This document shows positions 11,067 through 23,721 of a stretch of DNA of 64,000 nucleotides, piece after piece. The translations under genes were made by a program, and so were the position numbers. Under the pieces are notes generated by a model, which was not told the DNA's origin, did no database searches, and worked only from the letters and a program-made list of their open reading frames with translations. Position 1 is the stretch's first letter, and each line of letters begins with the position of its first letter. Where the stretch lies: the NCBI RefSeq assembly GCF_963921235.1, contig NC_086109.1:5706001-5770000 (forward strand). The letters are read 5' to 3'. The DNA comes from Mobula hypostoma. Its lineage: Eukaryota.

Positions 11067-12972
11067 GAAACATAGAAACATAGAAAATAGGTGCAGGAGT
11101 AGGCCATTCGGCCCTTCAAGCCTGCACTGCCATTTATTATGATCATGGCTGATCATCCAACTCAGAACCCCGCCCCAGCCTTCCCTCCATACCCCCTGAC
11201 CCCCGTAGCCACAAGGGCCATATCTAACTCCCTCTTAAACACAGCCAATGAACTGGCCTCAACTGTTTCCTGTGGCAGAGAATTCCACAGATTCACCACT
11301 CTCTGTGTGAAGAAGTTTTTCCTAATCTTGGTCCTAAAAGGCTTCCCCTCTATCCTCAAACTGTGGCCCCTCGTTCTGGACTTCCCCAACATCGGGAACA
11401 ATCTTCCTGCATCTAGCCTGTCCAATCCCTTTAGGATTTTATACGTTTCAATCAGATCCCCCCTCAATCTTCTAAATTCCAACGAGTACAAGCCCAGTTC
11501 ATCCAGTCTTTCTTCATATGAAAGTCCTGCCATCCCAGGAATCAATCTGGTGAACCTTCTTTGTACTCCTTCTATGGCAAGGATGTCTTTCCTCAGATTA
11601 GGGGACCAAAACTGCACACAATACTCCAGGTGTGGTCTCACCAAGGCCTTGTACAACTGCAGTAGTACCTCCCTGCTCCTGTACTCGAATCCTCTCGCTA
11701 TAAATGCCAGCATACCATTCGCCTTTTTCACCGCCTGCTGTACCTGCATGCCCACTTTCAATGACTGGTGTATAATGACACTCAGGTCTCGTTGCACCTC
11801 CCCTTTTCCTAATCGGCCACCATTCAGATAATAATCTGTTTTCCTATTTTTGCCACCAAAGTGGATAACTTCACATTTATCCACATTAAATTGCATCTGC
11901 CATGAATTTGCCCACTCACCCAACCTATCCAAGTCACCCTGCATCCTCGTAGCATCCTCCTCACAGCTAACACTGTCGCCCAGCTTCGTGTCATCCGCAA
12001 ACTTGGAGATGCTGCATTTAATTCCCTCATCCAAGTCATTAATATATATTGTAAGCAACTGGGGTCCCAGCACTGAGCCTTGCGGTACCCCACTAGTCAC
12101 CGCCTGCCGTTCTGAAAAGGTCCCGTTTATTCCCACTCTTTGCTTCCTGTCTGCTAACCAATTCTCCACCCACACCAATACCTTACCCCCAATACCGTGT
12201 GCTTTAAGTTTGCACACTAATCTCCTGTGTGGGACCTTGTCAAAAGCCTTTTGAAAATCCAAATATACCACATCCACTGGTTCTCCCCTATCCACTCTAC
12301 TAGTTACATCCTCAAAAAATTCTATGAGATTCGTCAGACATGATTTTCCTTTCACAAATCCATGCTGACTTTGTCCGATCATTTCACCGCTTTCCAAATG
12401 TGCTGTTATCACATCTTTGATAACTGACTCCAGCAGTTTCCCCACCACCGACGTTAGGCTAACCGGACTATAATTCCCCGGTTTCTCTCTCCCTCCTTTG
12501 TTAAAAAGTGGGGTTACATTAGCCACCCTCCAATCCTCAGGAACTAGTCCAGGATCTAACGAGTTTTGAAAAATTATCACTAATGCATCCACTATTTCTT
12601 GGGCTACTTCCTTAAGCACTCTAGGATGCAGACCATCTGGCCCTGGGGATTTATCTGCCTTCAATCCCTTCAATTTACCTAACACCACTTCCCTACTAAC
12701 ATGTATTTCGCTCAGTTCCTCCTTCCCACTGGACCCTCTGTCCCCTACTATTTCTGGAAGATTATTTATGTCCTCCTTAGTGAAGACAGAACCAAAGTAA
12801 TTATTCAATTGGTCTGCCATGTCCTTGCTCCCCATAATCAATTCACCTGTTTCTGTCTGCAGGGGACCTACATTTGTCTTTACCAGTCTTTTCCTTTTTA
12901 CATATCTATAAAAGCTTTTACAGTCCGTTTTTATGTTCCCTGCCAGTTCTCTCTCATAATCTTTTTTCCCAT
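11067..12972 (-). mobile_element. Young 5'-truncated CR1 LINE
   Basis: (ttctatgt)n tail at 11067-11087, complete 3'UTR, uninterrupted RT ORF. Confidence 0.97.
11162..12970 (-). CDS. CR1 ORF2 reverse transcriptase, C-terminal ~600 aa, open but lacking the APE domain and native start
   Basis: [50 protein letters not shown] motifs in one frame. Confidence 0.93.
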   Translation of the reverse strand, partial: GKKDYERELAGNIKTDCKSFYRYVKRKRLVKTNVGPLQTETGELIMGSKDMADQLNNYFGSVFTKEDINNLPEIVGDRGSSGKEELSEIHVSREVVLGKLKGLKADKSPGPDGLHPRVLKEVAQEIVDALVIIFQNSLDPGLVPEDWRVANVTPLFNKGGREKPGNYSPVSLTSVVGKLLESVIKDVITAHLESGEMIGQSQHGFVKGKSCLTNLIEFFEDVTSRVDRGEPVDVVYLDFQKAFDKVPHRRLVCKLKAHGIGGKVLVWVENWLADRKQRVGINGTFSERQAVTSGVPQGSVLGPQLLTIYINDLDEGIKCSISKFADDTKLGDSVSCEEDATRMQGDLDRLGEWANSWQMQFNVDKCEVIHFGGKNRKTDYYLNGGRLGKGEVQRDLSVIIHQSLKVGMQVQQAVKKANGMLAFIARGFEYRSREVLLQLYKALVRPHLEYCVQFWSPNLRKDILAIEGVQRRFTRLIPGMAGLSYEERLDELGLYSLEFRRLRGDLIETYKILKGLDRLDAGRLFPMLGKSRTRGHSLRIEGKPFRTKIRKNFFTQRVVNLWNSLPQETVEASSLAVFKRELDMALVATGVRGYGGKAGAGF

Positions 12973-13060
12973 AATCTTTTTCATGAAATAAGGGGAGATG
13001 AGGAAAGAAAATCATTTGGGCCAGTGAAGTGTTTAATTTCATGTTAATATAATAACAAAA

Positions 13061-13140
13061 CACTCAATGGCCACTTTATTAGGTACCTCCTGTTCATGGT
13101 CTTCTGCAGCTGACGCCCATCCACTTCAAGGTTCAACGCG
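13061..13140 (+). mobile_element. Tc1-like MITE end fragment
   Basis: cactcaatggccactttattaggtac resembles a common fish Tc1 TIR. Confidence 0.55.
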
Positions 13141-13664
13141 TTTGTTGTGACAGTGATTGAAGACACCATTGAGACACTGAAGCTGGTGATATAAAAGCCT
13201 TTTTCCATCACAACAAGCAGGCATCATTCTGTTGATTCTCTCAGTAAAGGCTCACAAACCCAAAGTTACATCACATTTTTATACCCTTAAGATCAAAGGT
13301 AACAGTAGGAGATACAATACAATTTCAATAGTTACAATGACATTGTTTCCTTCGATATTCTGGGTTGACAATGCTTCCCTTGAATTACAGATCTACAGTG
13401 ACAGACACCTCTGAATGTTCAAACACCTTTGTCACAAAGTAATTCACACAAATAGTCTACAATCTTCAGGTGGCTGAAGTCCCAGGCATCCAAAATTAAT
13501 GCTGTCAGGGCTGTCTGAGTACACGGATATGATAAGTACACAAAACTATCAATTGCCTATGTCTGTGACCATGTGTATTATGCTAAGTAACAACATCTGT
13601 CTGGTCTGCCAGTTTGAACTCAAGTTATAATGGTGCAAATAACTTGCACATGAGCTGAAGGACT

Positions 13665-13800
13665 ACAGTCCTGATGAAGGGTCTCAGCCTGAAACATCAG
13701 CTGTTTATTCATTTCCATAGATGCTGCCTGACCTGCTGAGTTCCTCTGGCATTTTGTACGTGTTGTTCTGAAATTGCAGCATCTGCAAATTTTCTCATTT
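13665..13800 (+). mobile_element. Penelope-like terminal fragment with hammerhead motif
   Basis: acagtc-ctgatga-agggtctcagcct-gaaac-atc-agctgt, then gatgctgcctgacctgctgagttc. Confidence 0.8.
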
Positions 13801-13801
13801 T

Positions 13802-14125
13802 TATGTTAATATAATTGTGAAATTAATTGTGTTAATGAATATAGTCCATAAATTTTCTATATAATATACGTACCACAACCTTTACTTTCAAATATTTTAA
13901 AGCTTCAATGTATTTACTTTGTTGGTGTTTCAAGTTACAACACTGTTACAAATTGTAACAATAAACACAGAATGGAAGTCAGTAGCTCATTGTTAATAAA
14001 CTACCGGCCCACTGAATGCCAACACAGTCTATAAAAGAAATATTTAAAGTGCTGCGCAGTTTTAAGATCATGTAAAGTTTCCCTTCTCAGAGCAATGGTT
14101 GGGCTGAACAGCTGTAAGAAAATAG
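13802..14125 (+). mobile_element. Second, internally deleted copy of the hAT-like element at 9980-10959
   Basis: Shares gtgtttcaagttacaacactgttacaaattgtaaca and flanking sequence with 10510-10730 and 10855-10945. Confidence 0.7.
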
Positions 14126-14478
14126 ATGTAATGTTGCTGGTGAACCTCTTCTGCATGCTTTCCACGTTCTCTGCATCCTTCCTATTATGGGGCAACCAGA
14201 ACTGCACACAATGCTTCTAGTGTGGCCTGACCAAATTTTTGGTGATTCCGAGAGGATGGGAATTATTGGAAATGCCAGAAATCTAGGGACAGGCCAATCC
14301 AACAGCAGGAGATCCAGCAGACTACCCCACATATGGCTTTCCCAAAGCATCACCTTCAAACCAATTTTCTCAACTGTGCCTCTCCCCTTCCTCTCCAAAG
14401 TTCTCTGACCCAACCAAATTTCTGTCCCTACATCCTTGGTCTAATGCCCCCAAATTACTAATCCTAACCCTAACTGTG

Positions 14479-14773
14479 GTTCCTTAAGGTTGTAATAGCC
14501 AGGGGTGGTACTGGGGACAAGCTCCCACTACCTATTAAATACTCCCAATGGCACGCGCGTCGAGTAGTTTCTGACAACCAAGTCCTGTGACACCACTGGT
14601 GCCAAACTGTACTGGTCCCGTCGTTCCTTTGGATTCATCAGCTGTGAGGAGAGGGGGGGCCCGTTACATACGCAACAGTTTGCTCTCCATATCGTACTGC
14701 CCTGGCTTGTGTATATCACATAGACAAATGGGACACCACATCCACGATCAACCCCTGACCAATGGAGGGCCTC
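14479..14773 (+). mobile_element. Non-autonomous RTE-like short element, family A (internally deleted), inserted in a V-SINE
   Basis: Perfect 13-bp TSD aaccctaactgtg at 14466-14478 and 14774-14786. Confidence 0.8.
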
Positions 14774-14779
14774 AACCCT

Positions 14780-14897
14780 AACTGTGCCTCTTTGGAATGT
14801 GGGAGGAAACCAGAGCGCGTGAAGGAAACCCACATGGTCACGGGAAGAATGTTACCACTCCTTACAGACAGTGGTGGAATTGAACCTGGGTTGCTAG
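14780..14897 (-). mobile_element. V-SINE (head and V domain)
   Basis: ctttggaatgtgggaggaaaccagagc..ggaaacccacatggtcacggg..ggaattgaacctggg. Confidence 0.8.
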
Positions 14898-15185
14898 CTC
14901 CTGCCTATCACCTCCTTCTGGTGCCCCTCCTCTTTCCATTTCTCCTGTGGTCTGCTCTTCTCTCCTATCAGCCCTTTACCTTTCCCACCTATTGCCACCC
15001 AGCTTCTCATTTCATCCCCTCCCCTCCCCTACCGTCCACCTGTCCCACCTGTCACTTGCCAGCTTGTACTCCCCGCCTCTCCTCCCACCTCATGAAGGGC
15101 TTCGGCCTGAAACGTCGCTTGTGCATTCCCCTCCACTGGTGATGCCAGACCCGCTGATTTCCAACGGCACTGCGCGTGCGTTACG
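14898..15185 (+). mobile_element. Penelope-like 3'UTR with degenerate hammerhead motif (15088-15118)
   Basis: Pyrimidine-rich UTR like 53040-53335, then ctcatgaagggcttcggcctgaaacgtcg. Confidence 0.7.
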
Positions 15186-16247
15186 CTGCTATGCCTTGCT
15201 CATCCCTGTACCATGCGGTTTGGGGTAACTGCCAGCAGTCTTGCTCTGACACCTTATGCTAGACTCAAGAACGTTCAGAGCTCGCTTCGGCTACACGTTC
15301 GGCTGTGGCTGCCCATTAATGCAGTAACACATCGGGGCCCGCAGATAAACACTGATGATTGTTTGTGTCTTGTGGCTCTGACTGAAGCCACCTTGCCTTT
15401 TGATGTGTTGTCACTGTGTACCACAAACGGATTGATCTACTCCAGCAGTGATTGCATCCATACGTCTGGAACACAATCGTACCACAGAGAACGAGCCTCG
15501 ACTTCTTCATCAGCTGTGTCGATGAGATCCCTCATTAGTGTTGGGTTATAATTACTGAATAATTTCTAACAGGAGTAATCAGCTCAGAATCAGTTTAGTC
15601 CTTTTTGATGTGGTTTGTTACAGTATCTCTCCGGTGTCAAAGGTAAGCTGACGTCTTCTGAGGAAATCTAAACTGAGAAAACACTTGAGCTAAGTTAAAG
15701 GCTAAGAATGCTTAGCAGCATAAACAGAGTGAGAGAACAAGAAAAACCACATCACTGTGGTATTGAGGCAGACACAATTCCTGAACAGAACAACAAAGGA
15801 GATAGAAATGATTGCTGCCCCGTGTGCAGCGTTAAAAAAAACCCAAGGCAAAGACCAGAGACGTCAAGGGACTGGCCGTAGGCCAGGGGTGGATGAGATG
15901 ATGAGGCCGGATGCTGGAGTGGGTGCAGGTGACCAAATGGCCCTTGCGTTTGGGCGTACATCATCAGGGGCTCATCCCCCTCTCCTCTCTTCAGCTTCCT
16001 CTGAGGGAGGGTCACCCAAGCGAGTGCTTTATTGAGAACGGGGGGTGGGGGAAGCATTTCCTACCCCTCCCATTCACCATCGTGGCACATTGGTTTAGGA
16101 GGAGGACTTTCTGGTACGGGGTGACTTTTTTAGAAACTGAGCTTCTGTCTCCTGGAACTTTGAAGTAAAGGGGTGGCTGTACTGAAATTCAAAGTTCACA
16201 GTAAATTTATTATCAGGGTACGTATATGTCATCAGATACTGCCCTGA

Positions 16248-16687
16248 CGGGCCAGCACCTTATCATGGTGGAAACGCTTGTGAGTTTCTGAGATCCTGAG
16301 AGCACAGGCGTAGGGCGATCAGCTGCTGGTAGGGTCACCCGCGGTGGTGAGGTCGAGGGAGGCGTTCCAGTGAAAGAGCGACTCAACCAGGAGCCCAGCG
16401 GTGGAGCTGGTGACACGTCACAATGGCGGCAAAGGTGGAAGAAGACCGCAGGAACGAAGGGTCCCCAGTCACCTTGGATTCCGTGCCACTGGACCCTGGC
16501 CTCGATCTGTCAAGGACCGTGCAGTGGCTACCCGAGCATCGGCCTCCCCACAAAGTCACACACAGGCATTCTCCATTGAGGGAATCCAGCCCAACATGTC
16601 AGATTAAGTCCTGTGGTGTCACCTGAGGACTCACCAATAGACAACCCCTCAGGAGATCATCGTACTCCACTCCAATCATCACACTAC
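16248..16687 (+). mobile_element. Non-autonomous RTE/Rex3-like short element, family C
   Basis: Starts with gcaccttatcatggtgga..gatcctgagagc..ggtagggtcacc (RTE-type 5'UTR); 11-bp TSD tactgccctga/tacttccctga (16237-16247, 16688-16698). Confidence 0.7.
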
Positions 16688-16734
16688 TACTTCCCTGAGA
16701 TTCATTGTTTGTTATTTCGTTGTTTGTTTGTTTG

Positions 16735-17050
16735 TTGTTAGTTTACCTATTTACTTATTTAGTGATAAAGCACAGACAGGCCCTTCCATCCCATTGAGCC
16801 GCGGTACCCAGCAACCCACAGACTTTAACCCTAGCCTAATCACAGGAAATATATAATGGCGAATTTAACTACTGATCAGTACATCTTCAGTCTGTGGGAT
16901 GAAATGAGAGCACCTGGAGGTATTCCACGCACACGCGGGAAGTCCACAGGCACACGGGAAGGTCATACAAACTTTCTTACAGGGGATGCTGGAACTGAAC
17001 TCCGAACTCTGACACCCCGAGCGTCTCGTTGACTGCTGCACTGCTGTGGC
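16735..17050 (-). mobile_element. V-SINE
   Basis: Degenerate V domain, ggaactgaactcc B-box, (ttta)n tail. Confidence 0.7.
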
Positions 17051-17624
17051 TCCCCTATTTCCTTGTGGGCGTACACAGTGGAACAGAGAAATACTATAGA
17101 ATCAATGAAGAACTACCCACAAAGACTGACAAACAACCAATGTGCAAAAAAAACAAAAGCCGTTCGCCTGTCTGTTCATTCAAAGAACAAGATACGGAGT
17201 GGAAAGTGATTCTGTCAGTGTGGAATCAGTTCAGCTGACAAACAGCCAACGTACAAAAGACCAACAACACACATATAGTAAAAGACAAATTAATCAACGC
17301 GGTTTGTAGATTGGATTCTGTGGTTCATGTTCTACTGCTTCTGGTCGTTCCTTCTCCATCGCTAACTTGTGCGATTTTAATCGGGGCGGCCTGCAAATAA
17401 CGAACAACACAGTGTTAGTTTGAACTGGACTAAGGTGAACTGAATAAACCTGGACTCTTTTGATGACTTTGTGGGTTGGTGTTACATATTCTGCGTTTTT
17501 GCTATTTTTTTGGCCATTTTTTTGTTTCTTTTTGTGCTGAGGGGGGAGGGTTTGATATCTTTCTTTGAATGGTTCCACGGTTTTCTTTGTTTCGTGACTG
17601 TGAGGAAAACAAATTTCTGGTGTA

Positions 17625-18170
17625 AAAGGGCGCCCTTCAATTCAGAGGTTGTGTCCTCTGGTCTTAGACTCTCCCACCAAAGGAAACAGCCTCTCCATGC
17701 CCACTCTTTCAAGGCATTTCACCATTCAGTAAGTTTCAATGAGGTCACCCTTCATTCTTCTGAATTCTAGAAAGCACTCTTCATATGTCAAGCCATTCAA
17801 TCCTGGAATCGTTTTCGTGAACTTCCTTTGAACCTGCTCCAGTATCAGCACCTCCTTTTGCAGATAAGAGGCCCAAAACTGCTCACAGTACTCCAAGTGA
17901 GGCCTCACCCAGTGCTTTATAAAGTCTCAACATTATATTCTAGTCCTCTTGAAATGAATACTAACATTGCATTTGCCTTCCTCTCCACTGACTCAACCTG
18001 CAAATTAACCTTCAGGGAATCCTGCACAAGGACTCCAAAATACCCTTGCAGCTCAGGTTTTTGTGTTTTCTCTCCATTTAGAAAATAGTCAGCCCTTTCA
18101 TTTCTTCTACCAAAGTGCATGACCATACACTTCCTGTCACTGTATTCCATCTGCCATTTCTTTACATGAA
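17625..18170 (-). mobile_element. CR1 LINE ORF2 3' fragment
   Basis: KWQMEYS..KCMVMHFG..RPHLEYCEQFW..GDLIETY. Confidence 0.9.
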
Positions 18171-18404
18171 TCTGAACTAGAGAAGACAGCGAAATGAAAG
18201 CAGAAAATGAGACATATACCTTATAAATTGTTAAAGCATTACCGAGAGAGCTAATCAATGGCTACTTCCCCTGTTTGGTTCTTCTGTTCTTTAAACAGGC
18301 TTTTAGCCTGTTTTTATTCATTCCTTAGTTGCTGTTACTTCACCAGCTCAAAGAAACTCAGCCCTTTCTGCACTCGGGAGAATGGTGTTGACGGGAGACA
18401 ATGA

Positions 18405-19045
18405 AGCTCAAAGTTCACTCAAGTAAATTTTATTATCGGGGAACATATATGTCACCACATACAACCCTGAGATTCATTTTCTTGCAGGCATACTCAGCAA
18501 ATCTGTAGAATAGTAACTATAACTGGATCAATGAAAGATCAACCAGAGTGCAGAAGACAACAAACTGAGCAAATGCAAATAGAAATAAATAGCAATAAAT
18601 GACAAGAACGTGAGATAATGAGACAAAGAGTCCGTAAAGTGAGATCATTGGTTGTGGGAACATCTCAATGGATGGGCAAGTGAGTGTAGTTATCCCCTTG
18701 GTTCAAGAACCTGACGGTTGAAGGGTAGTAACTGTTCTTGAACCTGGTGGTGCAAGTCTTGAAGTTTTTGTACTTTCTGCCTGATGGCAGCAACGATAAA
18801 AGAGCATGGCCTGGGTGGTGAGGATCTCCAATGGTGGATGCTGCTTTCCTTCGACAGTGTTTCATGTAGAAATGCTCAAAGGCTGGGAAGGCTTTATCCA
18901 TGATGTACTGGGCCGAATTTCCTTCGAAAGGCATTGGTGTTTCCATACCAGGTCGTGATATGGCCATTCAATACATTCTCCACTACACATCTATAGCCGT
19001 TTGTTGAACTTTTTGATGTCATGTCAGATCTCTGTAGATTCCTAA
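18405..19045 (-). mobile_element. Rex1/Babar-like LINE 3' fragment
   Basis: ORF 18665-18967: DPHHPGHALLSLLPSGRKY..TTRFKNSYYPSTVRFLN. Confidence 0.85.
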
Positions 19046-19107
19046 AGCCATGGAAGAATGACGGAGCAGTATCGATGGGCTGAATGGCTTAAATCTGCTC
19101 CGATGTA

Positions 19108-22100
19108 ATAAGACCATAAGACAAAGGAGCAGAAGTAGGCCATTTGGCCCATCGAGTCTGCTCCGCCATTTTATCATGAGCTGATCCATTTTATCCTATT
19201 TAGTCCCACTGCCCCGCCTTCTCACCATAACCTTTGATGCCCTGGCTACTCAGATACCTATCAATCTCTGCCTTAAATACACCCAATGACTTGGCCTCCG
19301 CTGCTGCCCGTGGCAACAAATTCTATAGATTCACCACCCTCTGACTAAAAAAATTTCTTCACATTTCTGTTCTGAAAGGGCACCCTTCAATCCTGAAGTC
19401 ATGCCCTCTCGTACTAGACTCCCCCATCATGAGAAACAACTTTGCCACATCCACTCTGTCCATGCCTTTTAACATTCGAAATGTTTCTATGAGGTCTCCC
19501 CTCATTCTTCTAAACTCCAAGGAATACAGTCCAAGAGCAGATAAACGTTCCTCATATGTTAACACTCTCATTCCCGGAATCATTCTAGTGAATCTTCTCT
19601 GTACCCTCTCCAACGTCAGCACATCCTTTCTTAAATAAGGAGACCAAAACTGCCCACAGTACTCCAAGTGAGGTCTCACCAGCACCTTATAGAGCCTCAA
19701 CATCACATCCCTGCTCCTATACTCTATTCCTCTAGAAATGAATGCCAACATTGCATTCGCCTTCTTCACTACTGACTCAACCTGGAGGTTAACTTTAAGG
19801 GAATCCTGTACGAGGACTCCCAAGTCCCGTTGCATCTCAGAACTTTGAATTCTTTCCCCATTTAAATAATAGTCTGCCCGTTTATTTTTTCTGCCAAAGT
19901 GCATAACCATACACTTTCCAACATTGTACTTCATTTGCCACTTCTCTGCCCATTCTTCCAATCTATCCAAGTCTCTCTGCAGACTCTCCGTTTCCTCAGC
20001 ACTACCAACCCCTCCACCTATCTTCGTATCGTCAGCAAACTTAGTCACAGAGGCATCTATTCCATAATCCAAATCGTCGATGTACAATGTAAAAAGAAGC
20101 GGCCCCAACACTGATCCCTGTGGAACACCACTGGTAACCAGCAGCCAATCAGAATAGGATCCCTTTATTCCCACTCTGTTTCCTGCCAATCAGCCAACGC
20201 TCTATCCATGTATGTAACTTTCCTGTAATTCCATGGGCTCTTATCTTGTTAAGTAGCCTCATGTGTGGCACCTTGTCAAAGGCCTTCTGAAAATCCAAAT
20301 TTACAACATCCACTGCATCTCCCTTGTCTAGCCTACTGGTAATTTCCTCAAAAAATTGTAATAGGTTTGCCAGGCAGGATTTTCCTTTAAGGAATCCATG
20401 CTGAGTTCTGCCTATCTTGTCATATGCCTCCAGGTACTCTGTAACCTCATCCTTGACAATCGACTCCAACAACTTCCCAACCACCAACGTCAAACTAACA
20501 GGTTTATAATTTCCTTTTTGCTTTCTTACCCCCTTCTTAAATAGCGGAGTGATATTTGCAATCTTCCAGTCTTCCGGAACCATGCCAGAATCTATCGACT
20601 TTTGAAAGGTCATCGCCAATGCCTCCGCAATCTCCACAGCTACTTCCTTCAGAACACAAGGGTGCATTCCATCTGATCCAGGAGATTTATCTACCTTTAG
20701 CCTATTCAGCTTCCTGAGTACTTTCTCTGTCGTAATTGTGACTGCGCACACTTCTCTTCCCTGCCACCCTTGAGTGTCCGGTATCCTGCTGTCTTCCTCA
20801 GTGAAGACTGATGCAAAATACTTGTTCAGTTTCTCTGCCATCTCCTCATCTCCCATTACAATTTCTCCAGTATCATTTTCTATCGGTCCTATATCTACTC
20901 CCACCTGTCTTTTACTCTTTATATACTTGAAAAAGCTTTTAGTGTCCTCTTTGATATTATTTGCTAGTTTCCTTTCATAGTTAATCTTTTCTCTCTTAAT
21001 GACCTTCTTGGTTTCCTTTTGTAAGGTTTTAAAAACTTCCCAATCCTCTGTCTTCCCACTAATTTTTGCTTCCTTGTATGCCCTCTGCTTTGCTTTAACT
21101 TTGGCTTTGACTTCTCTTGTCAACCACGGTTGCATCCTTTTTCCACTCAAAAATTATTTTTTTGGAATACATCTGTCTTGCACATTTCTCATTTCTCGCA
21201 TGAACTCCAGCCACTGCTGCTCTGCCGACTTTCCTGCCAGTGTCCCTTTCCAGTCAACTTTGGCCAGTTCCTCTCTCATGCCACTGTAATTTCCTTTATT
21301 CCACTGAAACACTGACACATCAGATTTCGGCTTCTCTTTTTCTAATTTCACAGTGAACTCAATCATGTTATGATCACTGCCTCCTAAGGGTTCCTTCACC
21401 TCAATCTCTCCAATCACCTCCAGTTCATTACACAATACCCAATCCAGTACAGCCGATCCCCTAGTGGGCTCAACAACAAGCTGTTCTAAAAAGCCATCTC
21501 GCAGACATTCTACAAATTCTCTCGAGATCCAGTGCTGACCTGATTTTTCCAATCTACTCGCATGTTAAAATCCCCCACAATTATCATAACGCTGCCCTTC
21601 TGACAAGCCTTTTCTATTTCTAATTGTAATTTGTAGTCCACATCCCTGCAGCTGTTTGGAGGCCTATAAATAACTGCCATCAGAGTCCTTTTACCCCTGC
21701 TATTCCTTAGCTCAACCCATAAAGATTCTGCACCTTCCAATCCTGTATCACCTCTTTCTAATGATTTAATATCATTTCTTACCAATAAAGCCACGCCTCC
21801 CCCTCTGCCTACCTGCCTATCCTTCCGATACACTGTGTATCCTTGGATGTTCAGCTCCCAGAGACGTGCATCCTTTAGCCAGGTCTCAGTGATGGCCACA
21901 ATATCATACCTGCCAATCTGTAGCTGTACAAGATCATCCACCTTATTCCTTGTGCTGCGTGCATTTAAGTACAACACCTTAAGACCAGTATTTGATACTT
22001 TTTGCTTTGATTTCACTGCAACTTTATTGCACTTCAACTCATCCCAATGGCTACACATTTGCCCCATCACCTGCCTGTCTTTCCTGACACCTTTACTGCT

Positions 22101-22340
22101 CACTATCTTAGATTTATTTCTGTTTTCCCCTTCCTCTGCTCTATCATTCCAGTTCCCATCCCCCTGCCAAATTAGTTTAAACCCTCCCTAACAGCTCTAT
22201 TAAACTTTCCCGCCAGGATATTGGTCCCCTTCGGGTTCAGGTGTAACCTGTCCTTTTTGAACAGGTCATACTTCCCCCAGAAGAGATCCCAATGATCCAA
22301 GAATCTGAAGCCCTGCCCCCTGCACCAGTCTCTCAGCCAG
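19108..22340 (-). mobile_element. CR1 LINE: end of ORF1 (esterase) + full-span ORF2 (APE-RT), frameshifted
   Basis: ORF1 tail GFRFLDHWDLFWG..LHLN; APE motifs YLNARS, ITETW, IYRPPN, GDFN, SDH; RT with KFADD; (cttatggt) tail. Confidence 0.95.
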
Positions 22341-23225
22341 TGTATTAAGTGGAGGAGCAGGTAGTTTGAGGATGTAGGGAGGCTACAGAAGGTCTTAGAC
22401 AGATCAGGAGAGTAGGCAAAGAAGTGGGGGGGAAGTATATGTTCATACACTTCATAAGAAGAAGGAAAAGGGTAGACTATTTTCTAAATGGAGAGAAAGT
22501 TTAAAAATATGAGGGACAAAGGTACTTGGGAGTCCTAGTGCAGGATTCCCTAAAGGTTAATTTTCAGGTTGAATCTGCTGTGAGGAAGGCAAATGCAATG
22601 TTAGCATTCATTTCAGGAGCACTTGAATATAAAAGCAAGGATGTAATGCCAAGGCTTTATAAAGCATTGGAGAGGCCTCACTTGGAGTGCTGTATGCAAA
22701 TTTGGGCCCCTTATCTTAGAAAGGATGTGCTGACACTAGAGAAGATTCAAAAGAGGTTCACAAAAATGATCCCAGGATTGAATGGCTCGACATATGAAGA
22801 GCATCTGATGGTTCTGGGCCTGTATTCACTAGAATTCAGAAGAATGAGGGGTGACCTAATTGAAACCTAGCAAACGGTGGAAGGTCTTGATAGAGTGGAT
22901 GTGGAGAGAATGTTTCCTATGGTGGAAAAGTCTAAGATCAGAGGACACAGCCCTAGAATAGAGGGATGTTCTGTTAGAACAGAGATGAGCAGGAATTTCT
23001 TTAGCCAGAGAATGGTGAATCTGCGGAATGCATTGCCACAGGGTGGCTGTGGAGGCCAAGTTATTTTAAGACAGGTGTTGATAGATTCCTGATTGTTCAG
23101 GGCATGAAGGGATACGGGGAGAAGGCAGGAGATTGGGGCTGAGGGAAATTCGATCGGGCATGAAATGGCAGAGCAGACTCAATGGGCCAAATGGCCTAAT
23201 TCCGCTCCTATATCTTATGGCCTTA
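22341..23225 (+). mobile_element. CR1 LINE 3' fragment
   Basis: LGVLVQDSLKV..RPHLECC..GDLIET; 3'UTR ending tcttatggcctta. Confidence 0.9.
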
Positions 23226-23721
23226 AACCTGTCTAATTTATCTGGTATGACAGTTCAGTCAGAATCAGTAGTTTATTTTTATCTCTATCTGTATGTTATG
23301 AAACAGTGAAATAATTGAAAATATCTCCTCCCTTCTGAAAAACACATGCCGCTATGCCATAAACAATGAGAGCCGAGCAGCACATTAGAAAGTCGGAGGG
23401 AAAACTGGATGCTATTTTCATTGGTCTAACCACTGTTCATCTGTTCACCTACAATACCAGTTTCACAAAGGCCCATAAGTTCACCATGTATTCAGCAAAC
23501 TGGGGGCTGCAGCAAAATTCACAGTCGAACATGTCAAATGCATTACAAGGGAGTGGTAGTTGATGAGTGTTAGGTGTGAACTTGGTTAATTGTGTGAACG
23601 AACTGTGAAATTCTCAAACCAAAACTGGAAATAAACATCCAGGGTATGTTCCTTGTGCTAACTCGACATCCCCTGGGTGAGAATGTTGCGGACTCGACTG
23701 TTACTGCACGGAGTTACAGCC

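Noticed and set aside
11139..12254. Plus-strand ORFs of 230 and 134 aa
   Set aside because: Antisense shadows of CR1 ORF2; the same pattern recurs opposite other CR1 copies.
19108..23225. Single CR1 with twin-priming inversion
   Set aside because: The plus-strand part duplicates the same 3' ORF2 region and differs in sequence, so these are two independent insertions.
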